Origin: Thraustochytrium aureum
Lineage: Eukaryota
DNA length: 53,806 nt
NCBI GenBank assembly: GCA_012862495.1
Contig: BLSG01000174.1
Location: 7,890-61,695 of the forward strand
Reading direction: 5' to 3'
Below are positions 42,475 to 53,806 of this stretch, piece by piece. The stretch's first letter is position 1. Each line of letters begins with the position of its first letter. Under the pieces are notes generated by a model. The model did not search any database. It was not told the origin of the DNA and worked only from the letters and a program-made list of their open reading frames with translations. The position numbers and the translations under genes were made by a program.

Positions 42475-44899
42475 CTAGATCTTTGCGTCCACGTCAACGG
42501 CGACAGCCGCGGGGACCTCCGACAAGTCGCTGCCCTTCGCAGCCTCCGTGGCGAAAACGGGGTTTTCAGACTCCTTGCCCAACGCACCGCCGCCCAGAAT
42601 CCGCGACCGCAGCACCAAAATCGCCGCAGCAGCGAGAACGAGCACCCCGCCTGCCGCTCCGCCTGCAATCGCTCCAACAGGAACCCCGGACTCTTCAGCT
42701 CGAGCGGCTCCAGCAGGCCCGTCGTCGTCCCCACCCGGCTGAGTGCTCACTTCTGATGGGGACGAGGTAGGCGAAGCACTGGGCGACGACGAAGTCGGGT
42801 TTAGCGTCGCGCTGCAGATTCCTGAGGGCGATGTCTCGATACTGGTCAAAAGGCTGCTGAAGAGCGCGTCCGCCGCGCTCGGGAACACGCCGGCGTACAT
42901 GGGGAAGATCTCGTTCACGAGCGACGCCGCGAGCACCACAAGGCCATCTTGCAAGCCGACGAGCTCAAACCTGGCGTTCTCGGCCTCGAGAAAAGCCGCT
43001 GTCACGTTGGCGTAGATGCTGTAAAGCGCGCAAGTGAGAAAGTCGGGCTGGTCGGTCGCGAGATTGGCGACAGCTCCCCGGTGGTACCCGAGCAGCAGTC
43101 CTGCCTGGGACGCAAAGCTGTCCCACGCGAGCACAATCGCAAGTCGCTCGAGGAAATCCAGCTGCACAGGTGGTCTGCCCGCTGTGGCGTTGACGAAAAC
43201 GGTGGCTTTTACGGCCAGCTCGACGGTGATCCCGACGTTCCCGAAGTCAACGGTCGGCAGCAAAAGTGTGTGGGAGCCTGCAGTGCCCAGCTGCCAGAGC
43301 TTGGCCAAGTCTGGGGAACCAGAGAGAGACACGTCGACGAGCTGCAAACCGACCATTGCGTCGTTGCCCAGCGGAATCTCCAGGCGCAGCGCTTGGCCCA
43401 GCAGCGTGGTGGCCAAGCCCACAATGTCGGCAGGCGACGAGCCGTCCAAGAACCCCAGGTCCAAGCCGAGCAACTCTTCGAGAAAACCGATTAGCTCTCG
43501 TGGCAGCGTCAGGGTCGAGTTGGCACTCCCTCCCAGTCCGGGGACGCCGGTCAGGTTCCCAATGTCGCTGAAAGGGTTGGTTACGTTGAGGCCCTGAAAA
43601 AAATCCAACCAAGCCTCAACGCTGTCGGGGATCGCAAATCCGTCAGGGATCGTCAGGTTGAAGGGCAGGTCGGCGTCTCTAGCCCAGAGAGCGACGGATG
43701 CCAAAAGCTTGTCCAGCTCGGCCGTGCCGTTAACGAAACCGAGCAGCTCGCCGACGTCGATGAGCTCAAACGCCTCCAGCGCAGCAGAGGTAGAGTTGGC
43801 GCCCCTCCGAATATCGTCTCAGCAAGCTCGAAAAGGTCTCCTACAGTCACGCCCGCGAGGTCGACCCACTCCGGAACCTCAACGCCAGCTGCGAGGAGCA
43901 AATCGGCGGCAGGCAACTGGGAAAGGCCTGCAACGGAGCTTAGATTGAGCTCTGGCAGGAGGGCGAGGTCGATTGCGCCCAGGCCAGGGAGCTGGGCGAT
44001 TCCATCCGTGGCATTCGAAAGCGCGGCCAGAAGCGAGACTAGCGAGGACTCGCGCAAGCCAGCGACGATGTCACGGACCTCGCGCACGGCGGTCTCTAGC
44101 TTGTCCTGCATGGCGGCGGTTTGGTTGGCCACCTCCTTCCAGTCGATCAGCGCAATCTCGGGGTCCAGGTTGAGCTCGCGCTCTGCCAGCTCCGCAAGGG
44201 CGACAATATCGACGGCACCGCGCTGCACGGCGTTGTTGACCGGGTTGTCGACAATAAGCTCGGCGAGGGTTCCCGTGACGTTGTTGATGGCCTCGCACAT
44301 CGCATCTCGCACGGTGGCCTTGAGCTGGCCCTCGACCAGGTTGATGATCAAAGGCGTCAAGTCAGCTTGGAGGACAACAATCACATTGGAGCCCTCCAGG
44401 CTAACACCGTCCAGGCTGACGAGCTCCTCGCACGTCTGACTGCCGTCGCTTGTACTGCTTGCTGCGCTTGTCGGCCCGGCCGAAGAGAAGTCAGGACTAC
44501 TAGCCACGATGCGAGGTCTGATTGAGACTCCAGGCCCTTTGGCCTCGAGCGAAAGTTGACCGGAAACTGAGCGACGGTGTTCAATAGAAAGTAGTCGTAT
44601 CGGGTACCCACCGTGCACTTGAAATGCAGCTCGTTGACCTCCAAAGCGAGGTCATACTCTTCGTTCGAAACGAGGCTCCCGTTGATCAGCACGCTCTCGA
44701 CGGCGAAAGACGTGCAGCGGAGTGGGTTGATCACCGTGACCGTGCCTAAGCGTAGATCAGCAGAGATCTCCCCCACCTCCACCTCCAACTCGAGCGCACC
44801 AAGCAGTTTATTCAGCTGCGTAAAGTTCGACGCGCCCTGGGCGCCGGCCGCCGCGCCAGCCAAGCAGAGCAGCCCCAAGGCCGCAGTTGCGCGCACCAT
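42475..44899 (-). CDS. Type I membrane glycoprotein with BPI/LBP (TULIP)-like ectodomains; several frameshifts
   Basis: Signal MVRATAALGLLCLAGAAAG; C..LIINLVEGQLKATVRDAMCEAIN resembles the BPI N-terminal Cys/helix pattern; many NxS/T sites; S/P/T stalk; TM VGAIAGGAAGGVLVLAAAAILVL; tail containing NPVF. Confidence 0.65.
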
Positions 44900-45922
44900 T
44901 TCCCTGCTACTCGGCGACGTGGGCTCTCTTCCAAGCAAGGCGCCGCCACCGGCCGTCCAACGCAAGCAGACCACGCCCAAGCGCGTTGTCGGGGGTGGAC
45001 GTCTTGTCTGCCGGGCTTCCGCGGCCCTTCCCGCGCTGCGCAGGCCGATTGCGGTCTGCTCTGTCTGCTCGTGGTCGGAGCCATGCGGACGGACCAATTT
45101 CTCACATCTTGATTGATCAAAGAAACGCAAACTGCACAGACTGCACGCAACACCTGCTCGCAACAACAGGAGGCAACGCAGGAGGTACTCAATCATGANN
45201 NNNNNNNNNNNNNNNNNNNNNNNNNNNNNNNNNNNNNNNNNNNNNNNNNNNNNNNNNNNNNNNNNNNNNNNNNNNNNNNNNNNNNNNNNNNNNNNNNNNN
45301 NNNNNNNNNNNNNNNNNNNNNNNNNNNNNNNNNNNNNNNNNNNNNNNNNNNNNNNNNNNNNNNNNNNNNNNNNNNNNNNNNNNNNNNNNNNNNNNNNNNN
45401 NNNNNNNNNNNNNNNNNNNNNNNNNNNNNNNNNNNNNNNNNNNNNNNNNNNNNNNNNNNNNNNNNNNNNNNNNNNNNNNNNNNNNNNNNNNNNNNNNNNN
45501 NNNNNNNNNNNNNNNNNNNNNNNNNNNNNNNNNNNNNNNNNNNNNNNNNNNNNNNNNNNNNNNNNNNNNNNNNNNNNNNNNNNNNNNNNNNNNNNNNNNN
45601 NNNNNNNNNNNNNNNNNNNNNNNNNNNNNNNNNNNNNNNNNNNNNNNNNNNNNNNNNNNNNNNNNNNNNNNNNNNNNNNNNNNNNNNNNNNNNNNNNNNN
45701 NNNNNNNNNNNNNNNNNNNNNNNNNNNNNNNNNNNNNNNNNNNNNNNNNNNNNNNNNNNNNNNNNNNNNNNNNNNNNNNNNNNNNNNNNNNNNNCTCGCC
45801 TGTTTGCTTGCTCGCTTGCGGCTTGGGCGCGCGCCAAAGCGGGCGCGGCAACCAGGTCTTCCGCCCCGCCTGCCAAGCCCTGGCGCGCCAGGAGGGCGGG
45901 CGCTGCAGGGCCTGGGCAGGAC

Positions 45923-47371
45923 ATGGAGGCCAGGGTGCGGAGCCGGGCAAGCCAGGACGGCGACGTCGTGGGGAAACGGCGCAGCTTGCAGAAGGGCACG
46001 GGCCAGGCCTGGGCGAGCGGGTTGAGCAAGCTAAACAGCGACGTGATGCTGCGCATCGCAGAGTTTGTCGGCTGGTCTGGGCCGCCCGCTTGCCGCAGTC
46101 AAAGGGCAGCGCTTAGAGCCCTGGACACGGGCCTGATCAACTGCCTTCGCGTTCAAGCGCCCCCTCCGCTTGGCGGGGACCCTTTGGGTCCAGGCCCAGG
46201 CGGAACAGGCCAAGGCTGCGACGAGCAAGAACGTTGGGGCGTGGCCATGAGCGAGCTTTGCGAGAACGACGAGCGCCTGCGGGGGATCTGGCTCGTGAAC
46301 GCGCCTGGGCCCAACTCTCTTCCCGTCCTCGAGGCAATCCGGAGGCGCAGCAACGTGCTTGGCCCGCGCGCAACCCTTGTGGGGCGCCTCGCACTGGAGG
46401 CGTGCCCGGTACCTTGCGAGCAGGGGCGTGCCGTGTTTGGCGAGCTGATCCGGAGCAACGCGCTGGTCGAGCTCTGCCTCCACCAGGTGTCCATGCGAGC
46501 AGTTGGCGCAGTGTGGCTCGGGGAGGCCTTTCCAGACAACACGAGCCTGCGGCGGCTCAGCGTGCGCGCAAGTCAGCTCTCCCTGGAAGACTGCCGCGCC
46601 ATCGCCAAGGGCCTCGCCAGGGTGCCGCTGCGAGACCTTGACCTCTCGTACAACAGGATCGAAGATGGGGGCGCCAGAATTGTTGCGGCGCTCCTCGAGC
46701 GGTCTGGCGGGACGCTTCGCACGCTCAATCTGTCGTACTGCAAGGTTGGAGCCGCCGGCGCTGTTGAGCTGGCGCGCGCTTGGCTGCTCCGGGCGTCGCC
46801 TTGCGAGACCTGTCGGCCTCGTACAACTGCTTTGGTGACGCCGGCGCGGCTGCCTTGGCGGTCGCGCTCAGGAGCAACTCATCCCTAACTAGGATCGACC
46901 TCGTGGACAGTCATTTCAGTGACGCCGGGTCGGCAGCGATTCTAGCGGCCATTGAGCCCAGCTCTCTGCGCGTCGTGTCGCTCGGGCGGAACATGATGCG
47001 AACCCGCGCTGCGGCTGCTTCGCTTGGCTCGGCGATCTCCCCCAAGAGCTCGCTCCGCGCGTTGGCCCTGCCGGGGTGCTGTTTGGCGTCTTCAGCGGCA
47101 ACCGCGTTGGCGTCGGCGCTGCGCGAGCCGGGCTGCCATGGTGGAGTTCCTCGACTTGTCGCACAACTCGCTCTACGTTGCAGACGTGGTCAGCTTGCTA
47201 GCCGCGTTCCAATCTGCGCCGCGCCTGGCCCGCGTCCGACTCTCTGCCAGTTGCGTTCCGGAATCGCGCCATCAGGTTCGCGCGGCTCTTGCCGCTTTGC
47301 GCGCCGAGCGTCCAGGTCTCGCCCTCGAGCTGGTGCGGCGCCAGAGCGCCTATGCGGCCGACTCTGGCTGA
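45923..47371 (+). CDS. Ribonuclease-inhibitor-type LRR protein with F-box-like N-terminal motif; frameshifts at ~46775 and ~47135
   Basis: LRDLDLSYNRIEDGGA, LRTLNLSYCKVGAAGA, LRDLSASYNCFGDAGA, NSSLTRIDL and FLDLSHNSL; F-box-like LSKLNSDVMLRIAEFV. Confidence 0.8.
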
Positions 47372-48147
47372 CGGCGCTGGAGGGGGTGGCGCCTACTAGC
47401 AACCGCACGTCGCAGGTGTGCCATTTTAATTAATCGAACTTGTCCGCGGCTTGGGCTCCGGTCCCGCGCTCCTGGCAGCATAGCAAACACAGTCTTCTGC
47501 TGGCTTTTGATTTGATTGATTTCTTGAAAGAGAATTCAAATGGTTTCTGGGACACGGTGGTGTCTCGCGCGCAGCCTGCGCACGCGCGCCGTCCAGGCGC
47601 ATCGAGACCCCGTGGCAGCGAGCTGTCGCCAAGTGATGAGAACAAAAGCGAATCGCGGCCGCGGGCCGAGGCCATGCGCGCTGCACCCCCAAAAGCCAAC
47701 CACGACCTGGCGACTCTACAAAGTCCAAATCTCAATGAAATCCGTTGAATCGTTTTCCGACCTGAAAACGAAAGGACGTGTGCTGACGTTGAGCAAACCG
47801 CGACGAGGCTAGCGCAGAGCCTGCGTGACGTAAGCGAGACACGATCGTGAAAGCTTCGGAAAATCGACATGGGGCGCCAAACTGCGCTTCAAGGCAGCAG
47901 GCCTCGTATGCGTCTCTGCTATTACTCTCGAGCACATCGACAAAAAGCGCAGCCGCCGTCTCGCGCGCCGACGCGCTGCTGGCCGCGCTCGAGCACAGAC
48001 AGGGCCAGACCCGAACGGCCCGATCCGCGACGAGACAGCCTGCGGCGCTCCGGGACCGCAAGGCCGGGCCAGGTCAGAGTGGGACAGAAGGCGCGGTCGG
48101 CCATTCAGGAGCCTGGTTGCGTCCGCGCACGTGCCTGCGACGACGCC

Positions 48148-49813
48148 ATGCGGGGAGGCGCGCGACGCAGACGGCCGCGCTTGGCGCTGGCCGGAGCGCT
48201 CGCTGGCATCGCAGCGATGGATCTCGTGGGCGGCGCGACGGCCAGCGACGGCAGGCTGAATGTCATGCTGGTCATCGTGGACGACCTCAGCGCAAACGCC
48301 GCCTACGAGGCGGACGTCGGGCTGGAGGAGCGCTCCTTCGAGCAGCTAGGCAAGCAAGCGGTCGTATTCGACCGCGCGTTTGCGAGCGTGGCGCTTTGCG
48401 NNNNNNNNNNNNNNNNNNNNNNNNNNNNNNNNNNNNNNNNNNNNNNNNNNNNNNNNNNNNNNNNNNNNNNNNNNNNNNNNNNNNNNNNNNNNNNNNNNNN
48501 NNNNNNNNNNNNNNNNNNNNNNNNNNNNNNNNNNNNNNNNNNNNNNNNNNNNNNNNNNNNNNNNNNNNNNNNNNNNNNNNNNNNNNNNNNNNNNNNNNNN
48601 NNNNNNNNNNNNNNNNCTCAAAGCACGAGCTTGTGGAGCTGAGGAAATCGCTAAGCCTTCCGCGCTGGTTCGCCGAGAACGGGTACGAGGTGCGCGCAGT
48701 GTCCAAGGTGTTTCACGAGCCCAAGAGCACGCGACAAGAGTTTGGGAGCCCAGCAGCCCACGCAAACTTTCCCGTCCATCTCGACCAAAAGTGCACGCTT
48801 GGGACAAACGTATACTGCTCAGTGGCCCGCAAGGTACAAACGACGGACTGGGAAGCCATGGAGTACGCCGTGAGCGCGCTGGACGAGTTTGCAAGCCTGC
48901 CGTCAGACAAGCGGTTCTTTCTGACGCTGGGCCTGCGCCGCCCCCACCTCAACTTTCGCGTCCCGCTCAACTTTATGGAGTCCATTCCAGACTCGTCGGT
49001 CACGCTCCCTGACTTGAGCGAGCCGCCGGGCCGGCCGTGGCAAGCGCGCAATCCGATCCCCAAGCAGCTTGCGGACGCTGTGGACCTGCGAAAGCGCGGG
49101 TTCGTCTCCAACTACGCCCTGGGCGGCAACGCGGCAGAGTTCGTCCGCCGCGGTTACCTCGCTAGCGTACGGCTCGCGGACATCGTGCTTGGCCTCATCC
49201 TGAACAAGCTGGACGCGACAGGTCGCTCTAAGGACACGCTTCTTGTGGTCATGTCGGACCACGGCTATCTGCTGGGCGAATCGGGCCGCTGGGGCAAGGG
49301 GACGACGCACGATATCGCCCTCAAGGTTCCCCTGTACATTCGCGACCCGCGCACGGACCTCGCGCCGGGGACGCACGTCGAGGGGCCCTTTGATCTGACC
49401 AACCTGTACCCAACAGTAGCCGACCTGGCCGGGATCCCGCTCAACGCTTCGACCGCGCGTTGGGGCAAGCTGGACGGGCGGAGTCAGGCGCACCTCTTGC
49501 GGCCGAACCAGCCGATCTCCAGTGCCACGTTGGACGTGCAAGCCCGCTTCGCCGACATGGCTGGGCACGAGTGGGCGTTTCCTGCTGATGCTGCCTTTGC
49601 TGAGTGGGCCGTGTGCGTGACAAAGAACGAGCCGGTGCTCTGCCCGGACAAGGCTATTGAGAGCCTCAAATTCGACTACATCGGTCATTCCGTGCGCACG
49701 ACAAGGTTCAGATTCACGGAGTGGCGCCCGTGGAATGCTGTGCAGGGCGAGTCGGACTGGAACGCGCCGGCCTCCTCGATCGCCTACGAGCTGTACGACC
49801 ACCACCCCGACTC
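48148..49813 (+). CDS. Sulfatase, iduronate-2-sulfatase-like (gaps inside and at 3' end)
   Basis: LNVMLVIVDDL; FDRAFASVALC (catalytic Cys at the gap edge); KVFH; FFLTLGLRRPH; SDHGYLLGE..WGK; GHSVRT.RFRFTEW; ELYDH. Confidence 0.9.
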
Positions 49814-52506
49814 NNNNNNNNNNNNNNNNNNNNNNNNNNNNNNNNNNNNNNNNNNNNNNNNNNNNNNNNNNNNNNNNNNNNNNNNNNNNNNNNNNNNNNN
49901 NNNNNNNNNNNNNNNNNNNNNNNNNNNNNNNNNNNNNNNNNNNNNNNNNNNNNNNNNNNNNNNNNNNNNNNNNNNNNNNNNNNNNNNNNNNNNNNNNNNN
50001 NNNNNNNNNNNNNNNNNNNNNNNNNNNNNNNNNNNNNNNNNNNNNNNNNNNNNNNNNNNNNNNNNNNNNNNNNNNNNNNNNNNNNNNNNNNNNNNNNNNN
50101 NNNNNNNNNNNNNNNNNNNNNNNNNNNNNNNNNNNNNNNNNNNNNNNNNNNNNNNNNNNNNNNNNNNNNNNNNNNNNNNNNNNNNNNNNNNNNNNNNNNN
50201 NNNNNNNNNNNNNNNNNNNNNNNNNNNNNNNNNNNNNNNNNNNNNNNNNNNNNNNNNNNNNNNNNNNNNNNNNNNNNNNNNNNNNNNNNNNNNNNNNNNN
50301 NNNNNNNNNNNNNNNNNNNNNNNNNNNNNNNNNNNNNNNNNNNNNNNNNNNNNNNNNNNNNNNNNNNNNNNNNNNNNNNNNNNNNNNNNNNNNNNNNNNN
50401 NNNNNNNNNNNNNNNNNNNNNNNNNNNNNNNNNNNNNNNNNNNNNNNNNNNNNNNNNNNNNNNNNNNNNNNNNNNNNNNNNNNNNNNNNNNNNNNNNNNN
50501 NNNNNNNNNNNNNNNNNNNNNNNNNNNNNNNNNNNNNNNNNNNNNNNNNNNNNNNNNNNNNNNNNNNNNNNNNNNNNNNNNNNNNNNNNNNNNNNNNNNN
50601 NNNNNNNNNNNNNNNNNNNNNNNNNNNNNNNNNNNNNNNNNNNNNNNNNNNNNNNNNNNNNNNNNNNNNNNNNNNNNNNGCGAGCGAGCTCGGGCGTGCG
50701 CAGTCGTGCAGCGCCCCTCACCTCGTCGGAGCGCGGGCGATACCGGTACGGCAGTGGTGGTACTTACGTAGCACGGGGCGCGAATCGTGAGATTCTCAGC
50801 AGATCGATCGTTCGTCCCACTTCATGAGGGGCGCAAGCGCGTCGGATCCTCCGCCGCCAGCACGCCTGCTGGCGCCTTGCTTGCCGGCTCCAAAATGGAC
50901 GCCCCTCACGTCAGCCAGTCACACTCCCTCACGCGGCAATTGAATTCGGCTCCTCGACGTCCTTCCTCCATGCAACCCCGAGGTTTCCAGGGGCTGGCAG
51001 CGAGCGCTGCTGCAGCGACGCACGCGCTCCCAGCCAGCCAAGCCGGCCTCCCCCCTCCGCAGCCCTGGCGTCGTCGTGCGTCCGCTGCCTGACGCCGTGC
51101 GACGAGCGCCAGCGCCCATCAGAAGAGCAGCAAAGCGAGCTCCGCCGGCATCCGCGAAGCTGCGGCGCGGCAACTCGCGCCTTCGAAAGAAAGCGAGCAA
51201 ACCAGAGAAAGCAGCCTGTTTTTGTTGTTGGCGAGCGCTTTCTTTCCGCCCTCCTGGACGGGGTGGGTCCTGAAAGCAACTCGACTCGGAGTGCGCTGAG
51301 GCTGTTCTCGCCGCTCTGCTGCGTGGGAAGCGAGTGAGGTCGGCCCATCATCACCGGCGGGCTTTTTGTGAGCAGGTTGGCGCGCTTTCCTTCGCGTTGA
51401 CTTCCGAGTCCTCCCTTGATGTCTCGCGGCGCTCTTACTCTCGCGAGCAGAGCGCTACTCAACTCAGGACTCGCGCACGCAGGGAGCAGTGCGTGCTCCC
51501 AGANNNNNNNNNNNNNNNNNNNNNNNNNNNNNNNNNNNNNNNNNNNNNNNNNNNNNNNNNNNNNNNNNNNNNNNNNNNNNNNNNNNNNNNNNNNNNNNNN
51601 NNNNNNNNNNNNNNNNNNNNNNNNNNNNNNNNNNNNNNNNNNNNNNNNNNNNNNNNNNNNNNNNNNNNNNNNNNNNNNNNNNNNNNNNNNNNNNNNNNNN
51701 NNNNNNNNNNNNNNNNNNNNNNNNNNNNNNNNNNNNNNNNNNNNNNNNNNNNNNNNNNNNNNNNNNNNNNNNNNNNNNNNNNNNNNNNNNNNNNNNNNNN
51801 NNNNNNNNNNNNNNNNNNNNNNNNNNNNNNNNNNNNNNNNNNNNNNNNNNNNNNNNNNNNNNNNNNNNNNNNNNNNNNNNNNNNNNNNNNNNNNNNNNNN
51901 NNNNNNNNNNNNNNNNNNNNNNNNNNNNNNNNNNNNNNNNNNNNNNNNNNNNNNNNNNNNNNNNNNNNNNNNNNNNNNNNNNNNNNNNNNNNNNNNNNNN
52001 NNNNNNNNNNNNNNNNNNNNNNNNNNNNNNNNNNNNNNNNNNNNNNNNNNNNNNNNNNNNNNNNNNNNNNNNNNNNNNNNNNNNNNNNNNNNNNNNNNNN
52101 NNNNNNNNNNNNNNNNNNNNNNNNNNNNNNNNNNNNNNNNNNNNNNNNNNNNNNNNNNNNNNNNNNNNNNNNNNNNNNNNNNNNNNNNNNNNNNNNNNNN
52201 NNNNNNNNNNNNNNNNNNNNNNNNNNNNNNNNNNNNNNNNNNNNNNNNNNNNNNNNNNNNNNNNNNNNNNNNNNNNNNNNNNNNNNNNNNNNNNNNNNNN
52301 NNNNNNNNNNNNNNNNNNNNNNNNNNNNNNNNNNNNNNNNNNNNNNNNNNNNNNNNNNNNNNNNNNNNNNNNNNNNNNNNNNNNNNNNNNNNNNNNNNNN
52401 NNNNNNNNNNNNNNNNNNNNNNNNNNNNTTCAGCGCGCCAGCCCCGCCCTCTGCGCGCGCTGCTGCCTGCAGCGGGGGCGGCGGCGGCGGCGGCGGCGGC
52501 TCGCAG

Positions 52507-53806
52507 ATGGAGCACGATCCGAGCGCTGTGAGCGCGCAGGCCAACCTGCATTCGCCAGATGGCGGCATGGCCGAAAGTTTCCAGGACGAGAACGTGCCGG
52601 AGAATGTGGCGCAAAGCAAGGGACTCCCCCAACCCAAGCAAGGCGGCCGCGACGGGGCAGGTCGCGACCCTGCACCAGCTGCTGGCGGCACAAGCAGCAG
52701 CAGCAGCAGTAGTAGCAGCAGCCCTCTGCAGTGGTCGCAAAGGCGGCGCGTGAGGCGCGCCTCTTCCGCGTCCTGCGTCCAGTTCGGCCCTGGGTTTTCT
52801 ACCGAGGGCGAGAGCGAGGTGAGCAGCGGGCCAGAGCCCACAGTTGAAGCGGCGTTTTCGCCTCACAACTCGACGCGCCACGTCAAGCACGGGCGAACCA
52901 AGTCGGAAATGGGCGGCGTGTTTGCTCTCGGGACCCCGCCCGCTCGGACCACTCTCTCAAGAAGCGGTGCGCGCAAGTCGCGGCCGCCGCACAGTGCGCC
53001 CGGCTCGCCGGCGTCAGTTTCGGCCGAGTCGGACGCGGCGTCCCTCTCTTCGGGCCCCAACTCGGTCAACTCGTGCTTGAAGGCAGACTCGCCCAAGCCC
53101 GAGCAAGTGGCTAGCGACGAGACGCGCTACTTCGGCAACGAAGACATGTCCCTCCTTACGAAGGGGTTCACCGCTATGAAATCGCCGCGCGCCGCGGCCG
53201 CAGCCGGGGAGGCCTCGGCGGAGCCAAGTCTGCTGTTTACCGCTAGTGCCCACTTGGGCTTGACGGGCGCAGCTTTGCTGCCGCCGTCGCCGCTAGGCCT
53301 CTCTGCCCCAACAGCAACGCCGCCCCCGCGGCTCAAGGAGGCCAAGGTGGCCCGGCGAAGGCGCGCCGAGCACTTCATGCAGCAGGGGAGGCCCACCACA
53401 GCGCCGATCGTGGGCTCTGGCGCTTTCTCGCCGCCTGCCCCGAAGGCCCGCGGCGTGGGCGGCGGCGCAAGTGGCTCGGACTCGCTTGCGCAGAATCCGT
53501 TTCTCTCAGCACCTGGCGCGGTGAGGTCGCCAGTGTTCCCCTCGTCAGCGGGCGGGTTCGGGGCGCGAAAGTCGCTTGCCCCGCCCCGGATCGTGACGTC
53601 GTTGCCGCGCAGCGCGAGTGGGTCGTTCTCGGCTCTCGGAGGGACGCCCGACCTGCGGCATCGCGGCGAGCAGTTACTGAGCCCTGGTGCGAGCTCGGCC
53701 GGGTCGCGGTCCGCCTCGCCTCCGTCCGCCTCGTCGCCGCTTTACGGGTCGAGTTCTGGGCCAAGTGCTGCCCCGGGAGACAAGGGGTTACTCGCTGAGC
53801 CTGTTG
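52507..53806 (+). CDS. Ser/Pro-rich disordered N-terminus of an unknown protein, open to the window end
   Basis: Manual translation from ATG 52507 (MEHDPSAVSAQ..MAESFQDENVPEN..) has no stop in about 430 codons. It is absent from the ORF track, presumably because it lacks a stop. Confidence 0.65.
   Translation, partial: MEHDPSAVSAQANLHSPDGGMAESFQDENVPENVAQSKGLPQPKQGGRDGAGRDPAPAAGGTSSSSSSSSSSPLQWSQRRRVRRASSASCVQFGPGFSTEGESEVSSGPEPTVEAAFSPHNSTRHVKHGRTKSEMGGVFALGTPPARTTLSRSGARKSRPPHSAPGSPASVSAESDAASLSSGPNSVNSCLKADSPKPEQVASDETRYFGNEDMSLLTKGFTAMKSPRAAAAAGEASAEPSLLFTASAHLGLTGAALLPPSPLGLSAPTATPPPRLKEAKVARRRRAEHFMQQGRPTTAPIVGSGAFSPPAPKARGVGGGASGSDSLAQNPFLSAPGAVRSPVFPSSAGGFGARKSLAPPRIVTSLPRSASGSFSALGGTPDLRHRGEQLLSPGASSAGSRSASPPSASSPLYGSSSGPSAAPGDKGLLAEPV

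Noticed and set aside
12871..49813. Sulfur-metabolism cluster (two sulfatases plus rhodanese)
   Set aside because: The genes are separated by 15-35 kb of unrelated housekeeping genes, with no evidence of functional clustering.
50929..51503. Possible minus-strand C-terminal coding fragment
   Set aside because: Only low-complexity sequence next to a gap, with no supporting motif.

Overview
Gappy (many N-runs), GC-rich, gene-dense, intron-poor eukaryotic scaffold. The gene style (PT-repeat surface proteins, MyTH4 myosin, class C GPCR-like gene, sulfatases) suggests a stramenopile such as a thraustochytrid/labyrinthulomycete; this taxonomy is inference only. A loxP-containing 454 paired-end linker at 18352-18389 and many single-base frameshifts, some at short homopolymer runs, point to pyrosequencing errors rather than pseudogenes. 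Recognisable genes: class C GPCR-like 7TM protein with a WW domain, NEK kinase, THOC6, DENN protein with a PDZ-like insert, two sulfatases, GST-zeta, transketolase, MyTH4/FERM myosin, PhyH-family dioxygenase, a TM/SGNH-like/rhodanese/JmjC fusion, a PT-rich surface protein, a BPI/LBP-like receptor and an F-box-like LRR protein. The best candidate for a novel system is 35245-37344 (-). It encodes a putative DNA-binding domain, an NLS, a beta-strand repeat, a phage-type Peptidase G2 autocleaving chaperone motif (ADYAEWF) and C-terminal TM helices. This looks like a MYRF-analogous self-cleaving, membrane-tethered transcription factor built on a different phage chaperone family. All domain calls come from motif recognition by eye; no searches were run.
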